This document shows, one piece after another, positions 1 to 13,000 of a DNA stretch of 64,000 nt. The notes beneath the pieces are model-generated. The model was not told the DNA's origin and ran no database searches. It was given only the letters and a program-made list of their open reading frames with translations. The stretch comes from Phoronis australis (Eukaryota; Animalia; Phoronida): positions 1 through 64,000 of the forward strand of contig NMRA01000564.1 in NCBI GenBank assembly GCA_002633005.1, read 5' to 3'. Every line of letters starts with the position of its first letter. Position 1 is the stretch's first letter. Made by a program: the position numbers and the translations under genes.

Positions 1-139
1 CCGCTTTTTTGTTACCAAAAGGTCCACAACGTCTTCAATCCGACCCCCCTATATTGAAGACTGAGTGCGTGCATGTGTTGAGTTATAAATGTTAATGGGA
101 AACCTTCTGCAAAGAGTGGATACCTATTAGGGACACATT

Positions 140-310
140 GGCTAATTGCACAAAGGTTGTCATTACACTGGGAATGCCGAGAACGCAATGGAATAGTTGT
201 GAACACTGAGGTCTGTGCACTCATTGAAGAGAACAGCAAACCAACGGATGCCATTATCTTCACAGATGGGTCAGGCGTCAGGGGTGTCAAATCAGAATGG
301 GGATTGACCT
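140..310 (+). mobile_element. Non-LTR retrotransposon RNase H fragment
   Basis: ECRE..NTEVCALIEENSKPTDAIIFTDGS..SEWG; frameshifted and stopped. Confidence 0.7.
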
Positions 311-765
311 AACGCCAGGATTATGACTGACGACTTAACTGACCAATCAGAACGTAATATTCCTGACGCACCTTCGTCTGCGTTTCCAAGCCGCCATTGT
401 ATCCGACAAACAACACGTTGTCGGTAAAGCTTGTTTTAGTCTATAGGTCAAGAAATTGTGCGATAAGAATGTTGAAACGGAGTTGAGATGGCGTGTGTAA
501 TTCTGACAGCCGTTATACTGCTCGAGAAGAATATCCCGTCACTTTTTGTGACTCATTTACAACATTCCATCACAAAATTTAGCGGAAATATCAAGTGTAT
601 GTATAAGATGTACAACGTACGTGTTCGAACCAGGGGTTATCGTATCGAGATTCGTGATATGCTTACCCGGTAGGTATTTGAACGAGGGCGAATCGAGATA
701 TGTACTAATGGATTGAAAAATAAAGTGCCTAATCTAATCCAAATTTACACATTGTCTTATTACAG

Positions 766-939
766 TTGACGGATCATGGTCTGTTTCGGGAGACTGGGAG
801 AACTGCAGCATTAGCTGCGGCGTCGGCAAGATTTATCGACGACGGGCTTGTGACCTTCCGGCACCTCACTACGGCGGCAAGCCGTGTACAGGGGACTCGG
901 TACAGTCGAAGTTCTGCCAAGCAACACTAGCTTGTCCAC
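766..939 (+). CDS. TSP1 exon of upstream paralogous receptor (copy A)
   Basis: DGSWSVSGDWENCSISCGVG..RRRAC..PAPHYGGKPC; 174 nt, phase 1-1, same size as 31323-31496. Confidence 0.75.
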
Positions 940-2628
940 GTGAGCAACGTTTTTCACTTGTTTATTCATACAAGTTTAACTTAACAACCGGAAATAATAA
1001 ACATTTTCATTGCACAGTTATTGAAAATCCCAAACTGTTCGAAAGGACAAGTAACCAGAGAAATTTTGATCGGCATCGATTACTGAGAAAGAGTAAGCTT
1101 TAGCCGAGGAATTGTGCATCCTGAAGTTATCTGTGTTAGAGAGTTCAAGTGTATATTGCAACGTTTCAAAATCCCTGGTTTTCTACACTCCAGACATCGA
1201 CGGCGCATGCTGTAAAAAACTTTGTTGGCCATTCTTGCTCCAGATTTGGAAACGTCAGGTGAAATCTTCTGACTCGCGAATCCGTTCCGACTCTGTTCGT
1301 CCAGTAGTTTTTCTACGGAGTTCAAGTCGGTCACAGTATGCAGGCCACAGCATCAGATTACTTGGTTGCTGATCCAAGAACGTGTTTACTTGGCCGCCTG
1401 CTGTGCTATCATATGACGCGACGAATGGTGCCAGGATCTCGTCCCTGTAACAAACAGGTGGCAGCTAATGGTCTAAGACCACGGTTCAGGCCCTTGTAGC
1501 TCCCCCAAAAATGAAGAAAATGGGGTGGGTGGTGCTTGTCGGTAGTTTAGTGGACTAAATGGGACGTGATTGCCTGGAATGGTCTTCAGTAGCTTCTTGA
1601 AGTTGTTTTGAGTAAAGCGGGTCCAAAAATTTGGCCTCAGCTCTTGTTTACTCGGATACGGATGTGCCGCCATTTTCAGAGCTCATCCATGTTCAGTCAT
1701 GAATTCTTGGCGTAAATCCAGGTACCCTTCAGGCAAGTGGAAATTGTCAAAAACCTGATAACTAATGACATAGTTTAACCTAAATTCTGTAATCTAGTGC
1801 GAAATGGCATTCGGCTTATGCTTCACTTTTTTGCACAATGGCTGTCGTAAATTTGTTATCTTTGGTAAAAATGGCTAAAATCGCACTTTTTTGGTCAATT
1901 AGGCATCTCAATTTTTTCCCGGTGGACGCAGCAAAGTAAAAAGACATAACATCGTTGAATTTCTTCATCTTAGAGAAACCCGACAGAGAGTACTTTTTTC
2001 AGTTATGCATTTTTTCAGGTGCCTTGAGACATGGTGCAAACAGGGGCTTTCATTGGCCCAGATCAGTTTTAACGTCAAAATCAGTCACTGGAACTGTGCT
2101 CTTAATCCCAATGTGTAGATCAGTGTTAACGTTAACGGAAGCACCGTGGTATTCGCTCCACTATAGCTGCTATGTGATTGAACTAAGCCGTTGACATAGC
2201 GACCGGCAATTCTTCGCAAGACTTCCCTTCCATCACCAATTCTCAGAACAAAAACTGTCACACCTTTGAATACAATATTTGACTTTTGTCCAATCGCGGT
2301 GAAAAGCTGCGAATGCAAATACGGCAGCTTTTGTCGATCTGATAGCGACGGTGTACGAGCATTGTTGCCCTGGCACTACTACTGCTCGGGATATGCTCTT
2401 AATGCGGCGTGGGTTTACATTTAGCATGCTACACCGTAAGCGATTGCCGTAGGTCAGTCTCTAGGTGTGGTTCTTGGTGAACGACCACTTTTCAATTTTC
2501 CTTCACATTTTCAANTGCGTCGGCACTTACAGTGAATGTATAAAGTCTAAAAAAGTAGGTCGCACAGTATGGGAAGGAACTATAAGTACTGCAACTGTCT
2601 TTCTCTGATTACTTTGCAAAGGACTTTT

Positions 2629-2935
2629 CATAGACGGATTTAGGGGGAGGGGGGGCAGGCCCCCCCGCTTGGCTGCCGCAAGCAAAATGAAACAGCAACA
2701 GCGTGAAGAAATATAGAATTCATTAACTAGGACTGGTAGCGGATGAGGGGGGCTCAGATCCCGGAAGAATCGTGTTCCCGTTTTTTTTTTAGTCCAACGA
2801 TAGATTTTCTGAACGGGAAGTCCACATCCCAATCCCCGCAACTTTCGGGCCCCTGTGCACACACAGTCGCCCTTTGCCCAATGACCCGAAGCAACATGTT
2901 GGGCCCCCCGTTGTGGTATCCTAGACCCACCACTG
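2629..2935. mobile_element. MITE with 5-bp TSD (hAT5-like)
   Basis: catagacggatttagggg...tagacccaccactg flanked by ctttt/ctttt. Confidence 0.65.
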
Positions 2936-3964
2936 CTTTTACAGGACATCTGACGAATTCAGCGACCTCAATTAAGATACTTAAAAAATGTTCCTTTGTT
3001 TCTGCCTTCCGTTGCTAGCAGGGTATGTAAGACGAGTACGTTGTTTCTCTATTTTCTCCGCGATCACGTTACAGATGACTCTGTCAAAAATACATGTGCA
3101 TCATGGAGTCATACATTCGTCCGAACAAAATCCGGGTAAATTTGGTCTTTGAAACAAAATGTAGCTGCACCCATTAAACTGTAAAAGACTTGCTGGTAAC
3201 TTGCTGAACCCAACGACATGCACTATGGAGCACTACAAACGGTCATGTCACCGATTCCTATACCGGAATGTTTTAGCGAACACGTGTACGAACACAGAGT
3301 TGGTGACCTGTGTTTTCCAATATACTTTCAAGGTTTCATCGGTCATGTGTTGCAGTGTGTAATCAGTTCTTGTGTGTGTCCAAGTCAACAATATATATGC
3401 CATCTCTGTTACAAATAGCATATTTTTTCAAAAATAAATTGACGTCTTGTCCACAGCTATAGTCACCAGAAGTGGTAATGTAAATTTGTCTGATATGAGG
3501 AAGCGTTAGCATCAGCACAGACGCCTTTTTAAGGGGAAATTGTCGATAACAGCATCAACAGCAACTATAATCATGTACACGAGATAGCACAAAACAGCAC
3601 GATTGAAAACATGAAATGAACGATGATTTTTCCGACTTCCAATTACTCATGTAACCAAATGGGCTGGATAGAACTTTATATTAGATATGGAAACACAAAT
3701 TCAAGGCTTTCTGAAAGTCTATCCAAGTTTATTTATAAATGCGCATGAAACTCATTTACAACATTCCATCACAAAATTTAGCGGAAATATCAAGTGTATG
3801 TATAAGATGTACAACGTACGTGTTCGTACCAGGGGTTATCGTATCGAGATTCGAGATATGCTTACCCGGTAGGTATTTGAACGAGGGCGAATCGAGATAT
3901 GTACTAATGGATTGAAAAATTAAGTGCCTAATCTAATCCAAATTTACACATTGTCTTATTACAG

Positions 3965-4138
3965 TTGACGGATCATGGTCTGTTTGGGGAGACTGGGAGA
4001 ACTGCAGCATTAGCTGCGGCGTCGGCAAGATTTATCGACGACGGGCTTGTGACATTCCGGCACCTCACTACGGCGGCAAGCCGTGTACAGGGGACTCGGT
4101 ACAGTCGAAGTTCTGCCAAGCAACACTAGCTTGTCCAC
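3965..4138 (+). CDS. TSP1 exon of upstream paralogous receptor (copy B)
   Basis: DGSWSVWGDWENCSISCGVG..; cag/gtgagt; near-identical to copy A. Confidence 0.8.
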
Positions 4139-5191
4139 GTGAGTAACGTTTTTCACTTGTTTATTCATACAAGTACGGCAGCTTTTGTCGATCTGATAGC
4201 GACGGTGTACGAGCATTGTTGCCCTGGCACTACTACTGCTCGGGATATGCTCTTAATGCGGCGTGGGTTTACATTTAGCATGCTACACCGGAAGCGATTG
4301 CCGTAGGTCAGTCTCTAGGTGTGGTTCTTGGTGAACGACCACTTTTCAATTTTCCTTCACATTTTCAATATTGGCCGATATTGAAACAATTGTCTAGACA
4401 ACACTTTTGTTCACATTAAAATTATTGACAACTTGACTATGTCAAGTGTGGTCTTGCCCTGGTGATGATGTGTAGGGTTATGCATTGGCTGAGCTCTGAT
4501 AGAGCTTGCCATCAAATGGAACATTCTAGCAATTCATTGTTTTACACAGTCGCATTTGGGCACATTATTATCCAAATCCAAAATATTCTTTAATGTCTTA
4601 CAGACGAGAGTTTGTTGGCAAAGTGCATTTTAGATTATGAATGCTTGCCAAAAAGATGTCTATTGAAAAAATCTAGAAAAAAATTTGATTTTTCAGTATA
4701 TCCATTGAACCATTGCCAACCGTGTGTAATATTGCAAGAACCTTCATATTAAGGATTTCCTTGCTTTCCTACTAAATATGGAGACGTGTAACTTCGTGAC
4801 AACGACTCTATATACGAAAACATTTGTACCTAAAAGATTACGAATCAAGGGTATCTGGAACCATTCTACTTTTGCATCGAACGACAAATCAACCGAACAT
4901 TTGCACGCTATAGTCCATCACTCATTTGATAGCTGAGTGTTTAGAAATTTTTCACTATTTGTTTCCGTTAACTTGTGTGTGTTTGAACAATTATTAATTT
5001 TTCCAAACAGTATTTTCCAGGACTTTAACTAAATACCTGAAGAGTATTAAGAAAAGCAACCGAAAACTACTCGATATCGAGCTAAATAAGTCCGCCATGC
5101 GTTTCTCAAACTCAAGAATTTGATAAAGGGTGGAGGGAATTCTAAACTACTTGAGTCCAAAAAAACAGGGTAGCATGCACGCACCCAGCCT

Positions 5192-5249
5192 TCAATATGG
5201 GGGGCTCGAATTCCTGACGTTGTGGACCTTTTGGTAACAAAAAGGCGGG
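5192..5249. repeat. Interspersed repeat, inverted copy of window positions 1-57
   Basis: tcaatatgggggg..gacgttgtggaccttttggtaacaaaaaggcgg is the reverse complement of 1-57 with few mismatches. Confidence 0.75.
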
Positions 5250-5467
5250 CGGACTAAAAAGCCGGGGCACCACTGTGAATTGCGCGTTTGTGCTTGTTCA
5301 GTGGACGTTTGTCGCATTTTCTCGGACGTTTTCTTTCTCAGGGGCGGACCTTTTTGCCCACTTCGAGCCACCGCGCGCATGGGTAGTTGGCATTTTTTAT
5401 GCAAAGCGAATGTAAATAAGGGTTTCTTTCGTTGATGTTTAGCAAATTCTCCTTTGATACATTTCAG

Positions 5468-6015
5468 AAGGTTCATTAATAGCCGCAGTGAGTTCCCTGG
5501 CAGTAATCTTCCTGTGCACAACAAGTGGGTACTATTTTATTCTGTAGCGACGAAAGTTATTCGAGCAGCGAAAGCTTCTTGAGGTTAAAACTGGTCAAGT
5601 ATATCCAAAGGACAGGGGTCAGAACGGTCCAAAGTCAGTTTATGAGAAAGAACTCTATGTTAACCCAGCGGAGTCGGTGGAATCATTTCAGGACAAACAC
5701 CTGGTGTATGACAGTCTCATAAACCTCGTAGACCACAATGAATATGCGAAGAATCGAATAAGTTCAACAAGTGTCACAGCTGTTGAGGAGGACTCGCTCG
5801 TCGAGGTGTCCAGTGAGGAATCAGGATCCTCAGAGTCAACCTTTGAGATAACTCAACGCCTAAGAACAGGCCGTCATATACGTTTCGCTCCGTCAAAGGA
5901 GATGGCTGAGAATGAGTTGAGTAGAGACGAAGGAAGTACGGAGGATGTGAATTCTAAACAGAAAAAGAACACGAAGCACAAACCAAAAAGCAAGAAAAAC
6001 AAGTCGCTGTTGTAG
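5468..6015 (+). pseudogene. TM plus short cytoplasmic terminal exon of upstream paralog, with in-frame TAG at 5545-5547 (possible pseudogene or truncating allele)
   Basis: tttcag|GSLIAAVSSLAVIFLCTTSGYYFIL*RRKL..VYPKDRG..DSLINLVD aligns with GSLTAVV..AWRRKR..IYAGDRG..DSLVNVVD of the 33272 exon. Confidence 0.7.
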
Positions 6016-6699
6016 AAACGTGCCACACTTGCAGAGACTAATTACGCGTGTTTGGTAATTAAGGTGCACAAATGTCTGAAGGTGCGCCCACTATCATGAA
6101 TTAGACACACGGGCATGTTTGTGAAACATTTGAGTAAAACCAGGGATTTCGATGTTAACGTGTATTCAATTGAACCGTTTACAATATCAGGACCTGAAGA
6201 GACGACGATCCCTAATGCTTCTTTTCTCATCTATTTGTACTAATTAGCTTAATGTGTTTTTGCCTGATTTGATGTACTGTCATCATCTTCTGGCTTTGTT
6301 TGCACGCTCATGAGTTCCCTCATCCTAAAGAGTGTGGTTGGTCAGTTAAGGAATAACAATCAGTGTCAACAGATTCGCAACTCCGACAGCCGAGTTGGTA
6401 ATGAACTATTGAAACCGCAAATATAAGCGTTGTCAAGTTTATAGTGCCTATAACCCTTGAGATGCCATCAAGATCATTTCACGTTATGAAAAAATGAAAC
6501 CAATAGCAGGGTTGTTATTTCCTCAGACAATTTCGGATTACATGTTAAATATAAAAAACAAGTGCAGGCGCTTTCGTGCACGTTGCATCAGACGTGCGCA
6601 GGCCGCTCAGGTGTGTAAATTGTACTGATCACCTAAAACTAGTTCCTGCGTCTATAAAATTTAGCTTCGGAGCTAGATACCTGACTCAAGGATCTGTCA

Positions 6700-6770
6700 G
6701 TGGGCCTCGATGGGACTCGAACCTGCGACCTTGAATAAAGAAAGGGCACACTTATTTCACTAGGGCACAC
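6700..6770 (-). mobile_element. tRNA-derived SINE head (degenerate)
   Basis: B-box ggttcgagtccc on the minus strand. Confidence 0.4.
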
Positions 6771-7376
6771 TGCTTTCTCTTACACATAACATTACGATCC
6801 ACCGCTGTGTTCAGCTTGCGGAACTTTCCCGTGTTTTAGTAATGTTACGTTGCGTGTGATTTAAGTCTCAAAATACAATGTCATGTTTTTCACAAAGGGG
6901 CCATTTCTCACACTTCGAGGAGGGCACCGGACGTTTAGGCCGCCAGGCATTGTCCAAATGTTTTTAAGACCGGTTCGCCCTTGCGATAATGTAGTTACAT
7001 GTATGTATATCATATTTTAATAACAGGATGTTAGTGGAAATGGTTAATTAATATTGAAGGAATTGTCTAAGTTACATTTTCGTTACATAATAGGAGCAAA
7101 AGTAACCCCTTGTTTTGTTGAAATGTTCAATACTGAAGAAGTTATCATAGTTATGATTGATTGTTATATTTTCGTTACACAATAGAAGCATAAATAACCC
7201 ATTGTCTAAAGAGTTTTGGTTTCATAAGAATTTTAATGTAATTGAAGCCTAATTTTTATTGATAGCGCTTTGCAATGCTTAACCTGCACAAGTATGCAAT
7301 CAAACCGACTTATTGACCATTCGACCATAACATGAAACAGTAAACGCCATCCAGCGCTTTGGATGTTGCATCTATA

Positions 7377-7798
7377 GTCACGACCTCCGACCTCGGGCCT
7401 CTGACATAGAAAGTTGTTACAAAGCCGAGGCGAGTAGAGAAAGGTAGATCAATTCATTGCAATGTTTTTCGTTCAGTATGTGGTGTAAATAGATTATTAC
7501 ATGTTCTCAGTCGTTATTCCCCTTATCTAGAGCCCGAGTGGATTTTGGAGAATTATCACCCTCGGGGCTAACGCCCCTCGATCGATAATTCTCCAAAATC
7601 TAGATAACGAGGGATAACGACTTCGCCATGTAATAATCTATATTTATTACATGGGGGATAACGGCTGAGAACATGTAATAATCTATTTATACCACATACT
7701 AAACGAGAAACATTGCAATGAATCGATTTACCTTTTCTGACTCTCCACGGCTTTGTAACTACTTTCTATGTCAGAGGCCCGGGGTCGGAGGTCGTGAC
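7377..7798. mobile_element. Palindromic MITE / foldback element
   Basis: ~145-bp inverted arms (gtcacgacctccgacc..ctgacatagaaag / ctttctatgtcagagg..gtcggaggtcgtgac) with an internal hairpin. Confidence 0.85.
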
Positions 7799-8232
7799 CT
7801 TTTAAGAAAAGCCGGGCTATTTTTGTCAAATAATGCTTTTACTCAAAACCAATTGAAAACTTAAATATAATAGAAATAAACTGAATTTATAAATTAAGGT
7901 TTACCAACTATTATAGCTTAAAACACGTTTTTTTCACGCTAAGCTTCGACCGGGAAATTATCGTCTGCTAAAGTAGGTTACCACTGGTAACTGAATATAA
8001 TTCTCAAGCCAAAGATCCTGACGACACGATACCCGCATTCAAACTGGAGATCGGTGATTTACAAGTAAGAGGACATGAGAGAAATATTTCATTGAATTAA
8101 GATATCATTTTTATGAAATTATGTGTCTTATTTCTCGTAGCGTATACGTACAGTACAATGCGGTTTGTTGAACGTGCGATTATTGCGCGTGCTCATTTAA
8201 GTATTATATTTTCACTCTTGATGACGTCAGCT

Positions 8233-8305
8233 GCTGCGTGGTGTAGTGGTTAAGGTCGGCGACCAGCTAACTCAAGGTTCCGGGTTCGACTCCGTCCTCG
8301 GTTTC
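8233..8305 (+). mobile_element. tRNA-derived SINE head / pseudo-tRNA
   Basis: A-box tggtgtagtgg and B-box ggttcgactcc; acceptor and anticodon stems poor. Confidence 0.6.
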
Positions 8306-9037
8306 CCGCCAAATCGTTATCTCACTAGTGAGATAACTGTATGGGTTATTACACGGTTGTATCTGTCATTTGACGCCTATATTGTGGTATAATATATATT
8401 TACACAAATCCACAAATGGTTGCAAAATTATAACAATCGCCGTAGGCGCGTTGCACGTTCAGATGTCATTCACCGAACACGTTAATTAAACACAAAATGA
8501 ACACAGAGTAAAATGGTGGTAAAGACACCACTCATTTGTTTAGTAGTATACCTTCACCATATCCGCATAGCAGTGCTCCAACTGGTAAAAACTTTTGATT
8601 GGGAAACTGGATATACTGCGCAAGAGCGACTGTCAACAGATTTAAGTAAGTGACGAATCGGTTCTCTGCGACCTAATACGTGACGGGAGGAGGTGTACTT
8701 GTCAAAATAACCATTCCATTAACCTTGGGTCCAAACTGGATTCAGGGTTGATATTCATACTGCTTTAAAATAACCGCGCGAGTCATTATAAAACGCCATT
8801 CATGAAAAGCGTCGTCAACTGTGTGACGCCATTTATATTGGTTAACGCAAGCTAGGTGATCTCCCGACAGACCATCACACTTTGGTGAGCAATTTTATGT
8901 TTCCAGAAAAAGTTCAGAGAATGAACAATCAGCACTCTGCTAGTATTAATACCCCAGACAACCACAGAAAAAATAATCTTCAAAGAGTCCATTACAATAA
9001 GAACACAAGGGTCACAGTTCACTTGGTGCTTACCGAT

Positions 9038-9275
9038 GACCTTTCCCAGAAAACTGAATTAATTAAGACAAATGTTAAATTTCCACCAATTTTAAGATAA
9101 AACTTAAGTTTGCCTCAAGTCCGTTGCAAAAAGATATCTGAAGTTTAACTTTTCGACTTAAGTTTTGTCTTATTTTGACTAACTTACCGGATATAGAAGT
9201 TTTAAAGTTTGAAAGTTGAGACAAATCTTAGATTTAAGTAAAAAATGAACTTAAGCCAGTTTCTTGGAACGGGCT
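9038..9275. mobile_element. Probable degenerate MITE rich in ttaag/aacttaag motifs
   Basis: ccagaaaactgaattaa ... ttaagccagtttcttgg imperfect inverted ends. Confidence 0.4.
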
Positions 9276-10062
9276 CCAGGTCCGAATACTCGAGATAAGT
9301 CTCAATTCCAAGGTGCATGTAAACACAGCTTTGTAACGATCTGGGTAACAAATGACCAAAACAAAATCTGACGCGAGTTCGACGTACTGGGTTTTTTGCC
9401 AGAATGTGAAGACAAGAAATATCAGTGGTTAAGAGATGAAAAGACGAACTTTGCTCAAATTGCCAAAATCGTTCACTAGCTGTGTTTGACCGTTCAGTCA
9501 TATAAAGCTAACTAGTGGGTAGGTCGAACGAAGTCTACTGGTGGAAATTTGAATTAAACAGCTTATAAATTTTAATGAATCATTTTATTAAAATGACAAT
9601 AACCTCATAATCATACAACCTAGGTTTGTGTTTTGTACAATTTCCTGTTCCTCTCTCTGGATCCGTGTCAAATCTCTGGCAATTAGCAACACATCGGAAG
9701 GGCTAAAATATTGTCAGTGTTCATCACATATTGTCGCCCAGACAACAACATGTGTCGATGTTTACGCCATATGTTAGTCGCCCCTGGCATATGTTGTCAC
9801 CCAGGTGACAAGATATGTCGAGTGCGACAAAAGTATGTCACAGGTTACATAAACGTGTATGCATCTTGGTGCGATATTTTACGAATTTTTTAAAATGCCG
9901 TCTACGAAAATTGTATTTTGCTAATAAAGGCTAGACACGAAACAATTGAGCTTTTGCCAAGTAAAGCGTATTTATATTGTGCTCTGCAGCCTTGCAGTTC
10001 CACATCAATTTACATTTATATGTTGTTGCGCAACAAGCACTAATAAGAGTTGTTTTACGTAG

Positions 10063-13000
10063 TTCCAGATATAACTTGCTATCTTCAAATTGGTGAAAAG
10101 TACAAGGGTTCATACAAAACAACTGTAAATCAGCGAGCATGTATGCTGTGGAAGAATCTAATGCACCTCATGTCTGAGGAAGAACGAAATGTCTATAATT
10201 CGTGGACGAACGAAGAGAAGAGAAGCGTCACCTTTTGTCGAAATCTGGCTGGCACAATGACGTCTCCGTGGTGTTTTGCAGATAGGAACGGCAAAATGGT
10301 GAAGGAACTATGTGGAATTCCGAAGTGCAAAAGTAATAGTCCAACTGTAACAAAACGTAGTTGTTTGATCCATCCATGAAAGCTCATTGTATTCGAATTA
10401 AATCTGGTCTGGTGGACACAAAATTGAAATCCTAGCACGTCGAAGGCATCACGCTTCCTTCAAAGGGAGCATATTATTGAAGATTGGCATGTTTTATTTC
10501 ACCTGAAAAAGAGCTGAGGTCATTTTTAAGTGACATGTTCCTATCAATCACAAAAAAACACCTAGCCTACGTCATTGAATAATATGACTTCTTATTCAGT
10601 CGTGAGAATGTGTAAACCCAGTTTGACCAACGTTTCAAGCGACCTAACATCGAACCCCAGGATCTTGGCTCTAACCTTGATACTCGAAATGAAACGGGAA
10701 CTTTTTGACATATCACATTCTTTTTTGGGTAAATTTAGGAAGTGTCTATAACTTTGTATTCTAGTATTTTGTTGTATGTGTATTAATGTCTTGTAGATGG
10801 TCAAACTCGATGAGCCCATGATTCAAGGCACATATGTACCACCCAGAGTAAAAAGTCAAAATTCGAGTACAGACTCGAAAATTAAGTTATAACGTTAATG
10901 CTCGCGTAATCAAGCACACGCTAGGATTGGACAGTCTTCCGCGTAAACCACATTGTGCTAGAACACAGAATAATAGACATTTATCTTAAATCAAAAGAAG
11001 AGCAAACCGGGAAAAATGTAAAACATAATTTCGAGTTTCAATTCGATTACAAAAATAATATGTTGGGCACAGGCATGTGACAAAAAAGAAGTAATAAGCT
11101 TCATTATGGTTATTAAAGATGAAGTCACTATGTCAGGACTCTGCACCCTTTTAAAGCATCCATTCTGACCACACAAGTGACTACTACTGAAATTTGCTTG
11201 GCGAAACAATACTGCAATGACTGATCTGCTTGCCCGTCAGAATGTAAAACATAGTTTAAAGCACAAATGCTGCAGAAGACGAAACTAGCATAGTTTGATA
11301 ATTGACCGCATGGTGTCGCGTCAAATTCCACCCACGGTCTACAGCAACTCTTTGGACTCCACGGATAATGCCATTTGATTTTGGAAACAGCAATGCAGTT
11401 TCATTTGATCCCGTCAATTGCTTTTGGTGTCAATAAACCTATTGCCATTGTTCATTTCAGAAAATTATCTTCGTGGAATCGCAGCTAACTTTTCTGTCGA
11501 CGGTGTTTTCATTGAACAAACAGAGAAAATAACAGATGGCGACAGGAATGAGTGTTTTAGAACGCTGCAGGAAGGCCAGAAGGAACTGCAATTTTCATAC
11601 CAACATAATCCAGCAAACGTGACACACCTAAGACTTACTGCAGCTCTGCACGACACCGACTGTAAGCTTCCATTGAACAACAATTATTCTCAGTACATTT
11701 TAAGGTCTTTCCAAATGCGGGTGTAAAATCAAGACAGTCGTGACTGCTGTAACAAATTTATTTGCAATGATGATGATAAATGAGCATACGGAGTGCATTC
11801 CGTAAACCAAGTTTCTAGCGAGAGAGGCGAGATCACGTTACTCCACGCATAGTTACGTGAGTGAAAGATGGACGTTTGGCGAACATGTAGGTGACTTCAT
11901 GAGTGTGAACTAGCAAAAATGCAGCTATGGATATGATTAGTCTTTGACGCTAGAATGTTGATTTATGTACTGGAAATCCTGAATTATGGGATGGGATAGA
12001 ATTTGCCGTTTTTATCTAAAAGCGAAGATTTTTGTCGTCATGCATGTTACCCGGCCGGCGGTTTGTGCGGAATGATCACTCTGACTCAGTGTGTGGTTAA
12101 AATATAATTTTAATGAAACTAATAAACCATGTTAAACTTGTTTAAATGAGAGTTCCTTATAAAGTTCCCGAAGCACCACGCTGAACTAAATGTCAATGTC
12201 TCGATTGAAGTGTAACTGAATTTAGAATTAGGCCCATGCTATACGAAATGGTTCCATTTTCCACATATGATTTGTCCCCTGAAACTGAAGTTGTTCACAA
12301 TCCGTCGAACTCGTACGGTGTCGCACAACAGTTTTAAAGCTTTTTATTTCATAACAGCTGAGTTGACTGTCCTTCTCACACCACAAATCCACTGGACAAT
12401 ATTCCTGACATTCAAAATTGTGTTCTCTTCTTGTGTCTCAGCGTCTCGTGCCACCGCCCGGAAGTTTACTAGCGCCACCTGGTTAATATCGTCTGCAACA
12501 GCGCCACCACTCTCCTACGCAGCGAGTTATTGTTCACTAAATCCAATTCCTGGCAGTGCACAGGTGACGAATGTTAAGGTCTCACTTCTTTTCAGGGAAC
12601 CATTTAAAGGGTTTCCAAGTGTTCTTGTTTAGCGGACAAAACACTTCATTGTGTACATCGCGAACCGGCGCAGTTCTCCAAGGTCAAACAATCCTTCTGG
12701 AGTGTGAGAGCATGCGTGAAAGTGCTTCACTTGTTATTAAATTTGTAGCCGGTATCCAAAACATTGAAATTTGCGAGGTAGAGGCTTACAGCGAACAACC
12801 GCAACCAGGTATGTACCTATTGGTTTTTGGGCAAGCAGAAACATTCGAGCAGGCATGTGGGCATGGTCAGTGTCCTATTTTAAACATGTTAGGTGATGCA
12901 CTTAGCCACTCTGAGGTCTGATCTTTGTATTTGAAATAGAGGTTGCATGTTTGACATTTTTCGCCATCGTTTGGCTCAAATCCAAGACGCGTGTCTTTTA

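Larger units (their letters stand above)
551..4369. repeat. Near-identical direct duplication: 551-975 plus 2320-2515 versus 3750-4369
   Basis: Sequence identity seen directly; copy A has an extra ~1.35 kb (976-2319) and ends exactly at the N at 2516. Confidence 0.9.

Noticed and set aside
488-673. Duplicated 61-aa ORF (also 3687-3872)
   Set aside because: By-product of the segmental duplication; no splice context or recognisable domain.
8113-8200. MKLCVLFLVAYTYSTM as signal-peptide exon of the giant receptor
   Set aside because: The nearest donor (cg|gtttgt) is phase 2 while the kringle exon needs phase 1; the same bases also look like a polypyrimidine acceptor. Unresolved.
8233-8305. Functional tRNA gene
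   Set aside because: A and B boxes are present but acceptor and anticodon stems do not pair; more likely a SINE head.
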